Source of the DNA: a virus
Lineage: Duplodnaviria; Caudoviricetes
Virus record (IMG/VR): IMGVR_UViG_2870282538_000006
Coordinates: 29,068 to 93,067 of that record
Length of the DNA: 64,000 nucleotides
Strand: one strand, 5' to 3'
Notes under the pieces: model-generated
What the model saw: only the letters and a program-made list of their open reading frames with translations
Told to the model about the DNA's origin: nothing
Databases searched by the model: none
Translations under genes and position numbers: made by a program
In this document: piece after piece, positions 29,391-38,500 of the stretch
Position numbering within the stretch: position 1 is the first letter of the stretch
Layout of the letters: each line of letters opens with the position of its first letter

Positions 29391-30101
29391 ATGCCGGAAG
29401 AAAAATTTTGGAAGATAACAGATTTCGCCCAGAAAATATCTAAAGACATGCAGCTTAAGCTGAATGATTCCAAAGGAGTTCATTACAACACGGTTGATAA
29501 ATGGTTTAAAAAACTCGAAAGTTCAGGAATTCACTATGTGAATAGAGTTGCCGGAGAAAAAGTATATGATGAGCTAGACTTGAAAATAGGGCACATCATA
29601 TTTGAAAGACGACGTGCTAATTGGAGTTTAGATGCTATATTTGAAGCTCTTCCTCAAGTTGTTGAATTACGTCCAATGAATCACGAGGAGACAAGTGATT
29701 CATCACAAGTGATGGATGAGACACAAATGATGGAGAAATTCAGAAGAGAATTCGGAGCTGAATTTATTAAGCTGAGAGAAAACATTCTGGAAGAGGCGAG
29801 AACATTTATTGAAAATGAAACCCAAAAAATTAAAAATCAATTGCCACCTCCAGAAAACAAAGAAGAGAAGAAAAGGGCAAAGAGAGATGATTTTGTCACT
29901 AATATGAGGCTGAGTATGCAACTTGATAAAGAAGCTGCTGAGGCTTGGAGTAAGCAGCCAGAATCAGTCAGAATGAAAAAAGTAGGCTGGTTCAGAAAAG
30001 AAGAAGATTTAGTTGCCAGAGAACAGTTTATTCGTGACTACAAAATATCTAATATGTCTCGTATTGCAAAAGAGGCTTACGAAGACGACAACAACTCGTG
30101 A
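29391..30101 (+). CDS. RacA/pSK1 Par-like HTH + coiled-coil protein (DUF3967-like)
   Basis: MerR-like HTH (TVDKWFKKLE..G...YDELDL), central coiled coil, C-terminal KKVGWF. Confidence 0.7.
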   Translation: MPEEKFWKITDFAQKISKDMQLKLNDSKGVHYNTVDKWFKKLESSGIHYVNRVAGEKVYDELDLKIGHIIFERRRANWSLDAIFEALPQVVELRPMNHEETSDSSQVMDETQMMEKFRREFGAEFIKLRENILEEARTFIENETQKIKNQLPPPENKEEKKRAKRDDFVTNMRLSMQLDKEAAEAWSKQPESVRMKKVGWFRKEEDLVAREQFIRDYKISNMSRIAKEAYEDDNNS

Positions 30102-30405
30102 TTCGTACATAAGTCAAAAAAGCTCGCAGAAATGTGGGCTTTTTTGATGCTTAAAAACAGGTCTATTTAAAACCCCCGGATGGGGGTTCATTAACGAGCA
30201 ATTTTGTGTTTCAAATTAATGCTTCGAAAATCAGCACATTTTGTGCGTCAAAATTGGCCATTTTTATTGACCTAGGAGAGAAAGTTTTTTATGATTGATC
30301 TAACAACATGTATACGGAACAGAGGAAATGCCATATGCTATACCATCTAAGTGTTTTTAAGGTGGTGATAGCATCATGTCTGAAAGGGAAAAGGGGAATG
30401 AGAAC

Positions 30406-30552
30406 ATGAATGCTCCAGTTCTTGAATCATCCAAAGAACGAATTCAACGTCTACTTGCCACAGGAGCTGTTCGGGGATTTAGAAGTGATGATGACGGCAA
30501 AATTTTAATTAATCCTAACGATCCAAAAGAAAAAGAATGGATGGAAGATTAA
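30406..30552 (+). CDS. small putative antitoxin (48 aa; alternative start 30376)
   Basis: MNAPVLESSKERIQ...NPNDPKEKEWMED ends 1 nt before the toxin start. Confidence 0.6.
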   Translation: MNAPVLESSKERIQRLLATGAVRGFRSDDDGKILINPNDPKEKEWMED

Positions 30553-30553
30553 T

Positions 30554-30898
30554 TTGCCGCCAAAACCAGGAGAAATCTACGAAGCGTTTTTTCAATATGA
30601 TGACGGGACCGGTGGAAAATACCGGCCCGTTCTTGTTGTGGAAACAGATAGCGGACTTTTTGTTGCCGTCGCTATAAAAGTCACTACATCTGAACCAAAA
30701 AAAGGTTATACACATCACATACATACAAGCAGAATTGAGATAAAAGATTGGAAAGCAGCAGGCTTAAGAGATCCATCTTGGGCTCAATGCAGTACATTCG
30801 AAGTATTCAAATTCGTGCAATTGAAAAAATACATAGGCAGACTTACTTCTGATGATTTTCAAAACATATATGAAGAATATCTGAAGTATACTTCTTAA
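30554..30898 (+). CDS. PemK/MazF-family toxin
   Basis: KPGEIY...GKYRPVLVV...KVTTS...GL..PS. Confidence 0.85.
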   Translation: MPPKPGEIYEAFFQYDDGTGGKYRPVLVVETDSGLFVAVAIKVTTSEPKKGYTHHIHTSRIEIKDWKAAGLRDPSWAQCSTFEVFKFVQLKKYIGRLTSDDFQNIYEEYLKYTS

Positions 30899-31272
30899 AG
30901 AGTAGCCGAAGGCTGCTTTTAATTTTGCTTAGACAATAACATAACAACAAGGTGAGTAATTGGTTTTCTGGCAATGTTCATAAGCTTCCAGTTTAGTATA
31001 TTCATTATGATGTTAAAGAACTTATTTACTTGGATATTCGTTGGACTGATTATTTGGAATAAGAAGATATTCATGGTATCTAGGATTAAAAGAGGCTACA
31101 AGCCTCTTTTTTTGCGAAAAAATGACATTTATGTTGAATGATGTATTTTTATGTGTTAATTTGAATAAGAAAGGAGGGTTGGAAGATAAATACTTTTGAT
31201 TCTATCTAAAATTCGGATCATTTGCATCAAGACAAGTCACCCAGTTTAAAACAAACTTGAAAGGGTGTAAAT

Positions 31273-32007
31273 ATGAAAAAAATAGTTTTGTCATTGATCG
31301 CATCTGGTTTTTTGGTGTCTGGAATTCTTCCTTCGAGCTTAGAGAGCGCTAGAGCGGAGTCAAAGATTGATCAGCAAAATGTCGACTCTGATATCAAAGA
31401 CGTTGTCTTTATTGAACAAAGCGATGGAAAGCTTGAATACACATACACCAAAGGGAATGAGAAATTTAAGAATGTTGAATACTTCAACGAGGACCAGACT
31501 GGTTTGAGAAGTCACATCTATAAGTTAGATAAGAATACTGGCGAATATCAAAAAATTGATGAGCTGGTAAGTCAGTTGTCTTTTGATAAAAAAGAAGTCT
31601 CTATTGAGTCGCTAGTGACGAAGGAGAAAGATGTAATGGTAATACAATCAAACCAGAACACTGCGTCACTCGACGAGCTTGAGTTTTCAATTCAAGCAAA
31701 GGATAAATGGACATACCACGGAACTGTTTACGGAGACAATAAGCCTAAAAAGTGGACCATCGGCGTTATCGGAATTTCAGTTGCAGGGATTACAAAATTG
31801 CCCGCAGTAGCAAAGATTGTTATCAATATAGCAAACATGACTTATCAATTGGCAACCGACGTATTTTATTATAAACAGGTGTTGTATAAAAAAGGGCCAA
31901 AATTAAGACCTTCATTTAAATATGTGACGACATTCTATTCTGATAAGGCAAGAAAGAAAGTCATCAAAAAGAACGTTGTCAGCTACGCCAACTCAGGCTA
32001 TCGTTAA
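31273..32007 (+). CDS. secreted protein with basic, partly hydrophobic C-terminus (bacteriocin-like)
   Basis: Sec signal ending ARA; C-terminal Lys-rich region with hydrophobic hairpin. Confidence 0.7.
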   Translation: MKKIVLSLIASGFLVSGILPSSLESARAESKIDQQNVDSDIKDVVFIEQSDGKLEYTYTKGNEKFKNVEYFNEDQTGLRSHIYKLDKNTGEYQKIDELVSQLSFDKKEVSIESLVTKEKDVMVIQSNQNTASLDELEFSIQAKDKWTYHGTVYGDNKPKKWTIGVIGISVAGITKLPAVAKIVINIANMTYQLATDVFYYKQVLYKKGPKLRPSFKYVTTFYSDKARKKVIKKNVVSYANSGYR

Positions 32008-32038
32008 GAAAAAAGGGAACAGTGAGAGCTGTTCCCTT

Positions 32039-32263
32039 TTAGTATTTCTGGACAAGAATGTACAGAGAGTATAGGACTGCAAGGAGAAGAATTATCCAAA
32101 GGTACATGATACGTGAATGTCTGTTTTTGAAAATAAAATAGCATACGGTCAAAAACAAAAGGAGTATCCATGCGAGGTAAGGGAAAAATGTGCCCTGAAA
32201 GACGATAGCAATGACTCCAACAATTGACAGCAAAGCGAACAGGATATTCTCAAAAAGTTTCAA
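32039..32263 (-). CDS. small 3-TM membrane protein (possible immunity)
   Basis: Hydrophobic; convergent with the secreted protein; GGAGG SD. Confidence 0.7.
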   Translation of the reverse strand: MKLFENILFALLSIVGVIAIVFQGTFFPYLAWILLLFLTVCYFIFKNRHSRIMYLWIILLLAVLYSLYILVQKY

Positions 32264-32513
32264 ACAGCACCCTCCAACTTTGTTAATGTTTATTCGTATA
32301 CTATATCATGATTTTCTGCATTGATGAATAAGATTAGGGTTTTCTTATTCATGTTTCGTATATCGCTCACTGTCCAATCTTATCAGCACCATTAGCTTCA
32401 TCAGAGAAATAATGACCACTTGTGATGCATCATAATTTTGTAACATGTGATCACACTATTGGCAAAGTAGATCGAGTCGCTTTTAACCCATATAAATGAT
32501 CCTTTCAAAATGA

Positions 32514-32840
32514 TTAATCATGTGGGTCAAAAAAATATTGAACTTCCTTCATAACATCCTTGTAAAATTGCTCACGAGTTTTGTCAGCAACCTCAAGTGA
32601 ATTGGTAATTAGTCTTTGAGCTCCAGATGGCAAGTAAGAAGTTTCAGGTCTTAGATCTTCAACAGTATCAACTAATGATGCGAAATATGAGATCAACAAC
32701 CAATATGGCTCTCTAATTCCAAAGCATTCATGGCAGTAGGGGAGTGACACAGAAGTAATAGGAGAAATGAATATGCCTGCCATTACTTTTTTTCTGCATA
32801 CACTACATAAAATGTCTACTTTCTCTATATGAGCTGTCAT
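32514..32840 (-). CDS. hypothetical protein with two CxxC motifs
   Basis: CSVC...CHEC. Confidence 0.6.
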   Translation of the reverse strand: MTAHIEKVDILCSVCRKKVMAGIFISPITSVSLPYCHECFGIREPYWLLISYFASLVDTVEDLRPETSYLPSGAQRLITNSLEVADKTREQFYKDVMKEVQYFFDPHD

Positions 32841-33068
32841 ACATTACACATCCTTTTTTATGCTGAGTCTTAAAGTGAAAATATTCATCCAAATGTGATT
32901 GATCCTAGCAGTCATCAACAATGAGATAGATCCTCCTAATATTAAGAAATAAATAATGTAACGCCATTCATTACATATCCTATCGTCAATGGTTGATCTT
33001 TTTTTTAATAAAAAAACCCCAGCTGGGGCTGTGAACTGACCCGTTAAAATGAGACTTAGAAAAAACAC

Positions 33069-33929
33069 CTATGCTGCCTGTCCCCTGTATTCCAGTGGGG
33101 ACAGGTAGTTTAATTTTGCCTGAATTCGTACATGATTATATCGATACATGTATTGATTTACAATTTGTACTACTTTAGAATTGGATATAGATGCTCTACT
33201 TTGAGCGTTAAATCCTTCCGACTTTAGCGAGGAGTGAAAGGATTCAATGACGGCATTATCATGGCAGTTTCCTTTTCGAGACATGCTTGTGGTAATGCCT
33301 TTTTCTTTGGCCAAATTCTGATATGCATGTGAAGTATAGACAGATCCCTGGTCGCTATGAAGAAGTAACCCTACTGGTTTACGTAATTCTACAGCTTCCC
33401 TCAATGTGTCTAATACTAGGTTAATATCTTGGCTCGTACCTATTTTGTAAGCCACTATTTCGTTGTTATATAAGTCCATAATCGTTGATAAATATAACAT
33501 AGTCGAGCCATAAGGTAAGTAGGTAATGTCGGTTACCCATTTTTCATTTAATCGGCTTGCTTTAAAATTACGATTGAGAGTGTTCGGCACAATAATATTA
33601 CTCTCACCACAAATGTACTTTTGTCGCTTCTTCTTAACTTGACACTGAATCTCAAACTTTTGCATAATTTTTTGTACAGTTTTGCGGTTTACATTTATCC
33701 CATACTTTCTGTTTAAGATGGATTTAATTTTACGATGACCATAGTGATAGAAGTTTTTCTTACACAGCTTGATTACTAGCTCTTCTAATGAAGTTAGCTC
33801 AACTTTTTTATACTTCTTTTTCCAACGGTAATATGTTGACTTAGGTATGCCTAATACTCCAAGAATATCAATTATTTTAAAAGTGGCTGAGAGTTCTTCT
33901 ACAACTTGGACAATGACTCGTGGCTCCAA
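33069..33929 (-). CDS. IS3 OrfB DDE transposase
   Basis: WVTDITY, HSDQGS, SRKGNCHDNAVIESF. Confidence 0.95.
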   Translation of the reverse strand: MEPRVIVQVVEELSATFKIIDILGVLGIPKSTYYRWKKKYKKVELTSLEELVIKLCKKNFYHYGHRKIKSILNRKYGINVNRKTVQKIMQKFEIQCQVKKKRQKYICGESNIIVPNTLNRNFKASRLNEKWVTDITYLPYGSTMLYLSTIMDLYNNEIVAYKIGTSQDINLVLDTLREAVELRKPVGLLLHSDQGSVYTSHAYQNLAKEKGITTSMSRKGNCHDNAVIESFHSSLKSEGFNAQSRASISNSKVVQIVNQYMYRYNHVRIQAKLNYLSPLEYRGQAA

Positions 33930-34231
33930 CTCCTTTCGATCTCCTGGTACTTTTTTATAATTGCCAATTGAGCCTCTAGCTGTTTATTCTTTAGTTTTAA
34001 TTCTTCTAGCTCACTCATTTCCTCCGATTCTTTACCGTAGGAATATTGTTTTCCAACTTGTTGCGAAAATCGATAGGTTTGGCCTGTTTTGTACCATCGC
34101 ATCCATGTTTTAATTTGAGTCTTATTTTTTATCCCCAGTTGTTCCATTATTTCTTTGTTTGTCATTCCAGCTTGTTTCATTTTAATTACTTCCCATTTTA
34201 CTTCTTCTGCGTAATGTACTCTTGTGCCCAT
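33899..34231 (-). CDS. IS3 OrfA (HTH); fused to OrfB by -1 frameshift at A AAA AAG (33950-33956)
   Basis: HTH plus leucine zipper; -1 frame joins OrfB. Confidence 0.93.
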   Translation of the reverse strand: MGTRVHYAEEVKWEVIKMKQAGMTNKEIMEQLGIKNKTQIKTWMRWYKTGQTYRFSQQVGKQYSYGKESEEMSELEELKLKNKQLEAQLAIIKKYQEIERSWSHESLSKL

Positions 34232-34320
34232 AGAAAAACACCCTCCTAAGAATCATATTGTATTAATACGATTCAGGGGGTGTTTTTTCCTTGTCTCATT
34301 TATTTGGGTCTCTCCAGCTG

Positions 34321-34761
34321 TTATTTCTGCGCTTTTAAGTTTGAGATAAGATCACCGAAATATTCAGGAAGGTTAATTCCATTGATAGCTGGATTAGGAA
34401 CTTTCTCAAACCCATTCTTAATAGCAAAAGAATAAGCTTCTTCAGTCTGAACGCTCTCAATCATAATGGCTTCATAGCCATTCTTTTCAGCATAATCCTT
34501 CAAGTAGGAGAGAAGCTTAGTACCGTAGCCTTTTCTTTTGTTTTTAAATTCAATCCTGGCAATCACTAATTTCTTCTCAAAAGTATTGAGTCTCAACATC
34601 AACTCATTGTGGGCTCCTTCAATAAAAAGCCTATTCATACTTATGTATGATGAAACTTCTTCACCGGAATCCTCTTTAAATAGATCGATGATCTCTTTGA
34701 ACTCCTCTATATCCACTTTTGTACTAGTCATGATATGTCCTCCAATCATAAATTGACTCAC
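34321..34761 (-). CDS. GNAT acetyltransferase (start probably 34731)
   Basis: KRKGYGTKLL..., A..F..KNGF. Confidence 0.82.
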   Translation of the reverse strand: MSQFMIGGHIMTSTKVDIEEFKEIIDLFKEDSGEEVSSYISMNRLFIEGAHNELMLRLNTFEKKLVIARIEFKNKRKGYGTKLLSYLKDYAEKNGYEAIMIESVQTEEAYSFAIKNGFEKVPNPAINGINLPEYFGDLISNLKAQK

Positions 34762-34929
34762 GAAAACGCCCCGGATGGGGCTACACTACTATGTAGTGTA
34801 ATAATATCATATACAGTCAACATTGTTCTGGTCTGAATAAAATAAATACGAACAAAATATGTCTAATTTGTGACACTTTTGTCCGAAGGTAGAAATTCCC
34901 CAGGTTTTGGCGGTATATAAAGATAGTGA

Positions 34930-35430
34930 ACTATTTACGTGAACGATGTGAAAGAAAACTCTTATTGTCAGACTACGTTCACAATATTGGAATTATTAGT
35001 TAGTGAAAAGAAAAGGATGATCAAATAGGAAGTCTACCTTGAACAAGAAAGAATTCACATCTTGAAGGCTCCGCAGTGAAACCTTCAATGAAAACAATCT
35101 GCTAACAAGATAGACACACCAATTGATATCACAAGGGGGTACAACGGCGGGCACGTATGTCCATTTTTATGGACCGCACACGCTAAGTCATAACCTTTTA
35201 CAAAAAGGAAAGATCAAAACCTCTATACATTTGGGAATGCGGTTGGTCATGTATAGAAAACTTTCTTATTCCGCCGGCGAAACCACCCGGAGGGGGGGGC
35301 GCAGCAATCTTGCTGAGCAGAACACGACTAACCGCGGCCGAGAGAAGTAAGACAACCTCATTAGAAAAGGAATCCTCGACAGAAACGACACCCACGGAAG
35401 CCGGAGGCTTAGTACGCATTCTAAGTCAAA
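34930..35430 (+). ncRNA. candidate large pseudoknotted non-coding element downstream of RNAP
   Basis: Multiple 6-10 bp complementary pairs, no credible ORF (see findings). Confidence 0.5.
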
Positions 35431-35527
35431 CTGAATCCTATCTCTTAATAAACTCTTCACGTTCATATCCATTCTCCTTTTAATTAGATTTATATCAAGA
35501 AGAAGAGGGGATAAACCCCTCAATGGA

Positions 35528-38500
35528 TTAGAATCGTTCAACGTTATTAAGAATTGCAGAAGCAGACTTTCCAGTAGAAGATAACTCAAAGTTTTCAAAT
35601 TGGTACGCAAACTTCTCAGATCCAGTAAAGTAATACGCAGATTCTTCAACCAGGATGCCAATACGTTCTTTGCCTACATAAACAAACGGCAGGTAGTTTC
35701 CTGTCATTTCATCAACGTGATACCAAACAGCAGCTTGAGTTGCAGACTTGAACTTTAATGCAACTTTCTCAGCTGACATTTCGAAACTGCGGAAACGAAT
35801 TTTAACTGGTGCTGGCTCAACTTTCTCTAAACGAACATGTTGAGTTGATTTACCAGATACTCGTGCAACAAGTTCAAGCATACCATCACGACATACAATC
35901 CAAGGGAATGATAAGCCAGAAGCTGGTGATGCAGCTTTCTCTGGACGATAGTCACGATACTTCTTAGCATACGCAATGTAAGCAATAGAAGCTTCATCAA
36001 ACGGCAATGCTTTAACTTTTGCCTGTGCAGTTCTAACTGCCTTATCCATTAGACGATTGATTTCATGCTTCATACGACGATTATAAACTTCCGCTTCATG
36101 TTTACCTGTAAAGTTCATTAGCTCACGTTGCTCTTCAAAACGAGAACGAACATTCATAATTTCAACTTGCGCTTGTCCATACTCCTTAAAGATCGGAGTA
36201 ATCATTTTAAGAACAGCTTCAACCATTCCATGATCATTCACGTTCGCAACAGGAGCAAAGCGATAAATCAAGTTGTTAGAATCAGAAGAAGGATTCAACT
36301 GATTAAAACGTGCCTTCACTTTCGCAGTAAACATAAACAACACATGAGAACGCAATTGCTGCATAAGAGAAGGGAACACAAGACCATCTTTAAGTTCAAG
36401 TGAATTAGCTGATCTTGCAGACTTATGCCACTCTAATGGAGCATAACGAGTAATCTCTTGTCCTTTTGGACTAACATATGTGTAAGTCGCAAAAGTCGGG
36501 AAGTAATCAACATCTTCAACAAATTTAAGATTGAAATACTGCCAGAAAGCACCACCATGTTTAGGGCGATCGATCTCCCATCCTTGAGCAAGACGAAGCT
36601 TATCAACCATCACGTCCATCATTGCAATTTCATCTTCATAAAGCTTTCTCATTTGATCAGTTAAAGGTTTAGAATCCACATCTACACCATTAACAAGAGA
36701 CCATTGAAGACGAGATATTGCAGACAGAATCTGAGTAGCATAGTTAGTCAACTGTCCAATTTGGTTTGGTTCAAGAGAACGCAAGACAAACACTTTAGAG
36801 AGTTCATGCATTTTACGAGCGAAATCAAGATTATAGTCTTCATCTGTGAACATAACTTTAAACTCATCGTTGTAAGGCATTCCATTGACAATTACATCTG
36901 AACGATACTTGCTTCCAAAGAAATCAAACTCTGCTTTAGTTTTAGGCTGCCAAGGACATCCTTCAACAAACTCGCCATCAATATAAGTTAGATCGAGTAA
37001 AGCAGGGAGATCTTTGTACGCAGCTACTACAACAGGATCAGTTGTCGCATGACATTTGTCTCCGTCAAAGTCAGCTCCACCTTGTTTCACAACATTAAAG
37101 TCATGGCAAGAGAAGAAGACAAGATTGTTGAACGCAAAAGAATACTTCTTACGAGCTTCAACATACTCTTTTGTAACTGTTCCTCTTGCTTTTGCAGTTT
37201 CTTTTGTGCTAATCTTAGGATTGCGATTAAAGATGATATCTTGTTCAGTCACAAAATGTTTATCTTGATCGTCAACCATCACCACATGTTCGGCCGCCAA
37301 ACCCACATGTGGTGGTACAATTACATCTCCGTTATCATCAATAAATTTAGAGTCATATCCATATTTCTTCGCATATGAACCCATACGATACGCTTCCATT
37401 ACAGCATATACATCTGTAACCATGAATCTGTAATGCCCCTCAATTGGAAGAGAACCACGAGTCCATGCTTTAATCATATTCTCAATAATATCTAACAATC
37501 TTTTCTTGAAATACGGATCTTCCATAATGAGTTCTCCAGTGTAGAAGAAGTTCGTAAACAGGCTTACTAACGTGTTATCAATCTGTTCACGTTGTTCATC
37601 AGATAATTCATCTTCAGATACACCTTCATACAATTCGATTGTCTTTGTTCCAAGGTACTCAGACAATTTCTCTGGAGAATCATACACTCTAAAAGCTTCC
37701 TCAATTTCAACATCTAACTTTGCTTTAAGTGCATCCACATGAGACTGATCAAACATCGTTTGAATCATTTGATATGGAATGTTCACTTTCTTCTTGTCAT
37801 CTTTAGCATTCTTACCAAAGATCGCAATACGGAATTCAATATTAAAGTCAGGGTTGGTTCTTAATAAAGTCTTATAATTACCTTTGGTAGCTGATTCGAA
37901 AGCAAGTAAGTCATGGCCAACCATGTCTTTCAAAGCAGGGACAAATACAACCAGACCTTTAGTTGCCGGTGTAATACGCACTTGTTCCGCAGAAATCAAC
38001 TTTCCGAATTCAGCATTCAAAGCAAATTGAACAGAAGCATCTGCAAAGATTAAGCCATCTGTTACATTGCGTTTGAAAGGCACTTCACTCGCATCTAATA
38101 CAATGAACTTATCTTGTGCAGCATCAAATGCCATGTACTTACCAGTACGAACATAAGAATAAACGTCATCAACAATCTTCATAGTGTGTGTTCCACCGAC
38201 AATAACATATTCACCATTCTCATACTCTTCAATTTGATTGCCAATCTTAATAAGAGAAGAGGGGACACTGCTAGTTGATGCCAAACCAAAACGAGTTGGT
38301 GCTTTAATCATATCAAGTGTATACTTCACGCCGTCATACTTTGCGAACTGACGGAAGTCCATTCCAAGTGTGTGTAATGCTTCGACAGCATCTAGTCCAA
38401 CAATATGAGTACCCATTACAGTACGTCTTTCAGAAGCAGATGCCATAAAGTATTCAGCATTCAACATAACACCATTGAACTCAAAGAACACACCATTAAT

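Larger units (their letters stand above)
33032..34316 (-). mobile_element. IS3-family (IS150 group) insertion sequence, 1285 bp, 4-bp TSD GCTG
   Basis: Imperfect IRs TGAACTGACCCGTTAAAATGAGAC / TGGAGAGACCCAAATAAATGAGAC; GCTG at 33028-31 and 34317-20. Confidence 0.93.

Noticed and set aside
32844-33068. 74-aa ORF
   Set aside because: Starts inside the IS end and crosses a terminator; chimeric.
35123-35661. Short ORFs over the structured region (35123-35350, 35198-35419, 35266-35661), also 39902-40120 and 40763-41056
   Set aside because: No SDs, mutually overlapping, and explained by the higher GC of structured non-coding DNA.
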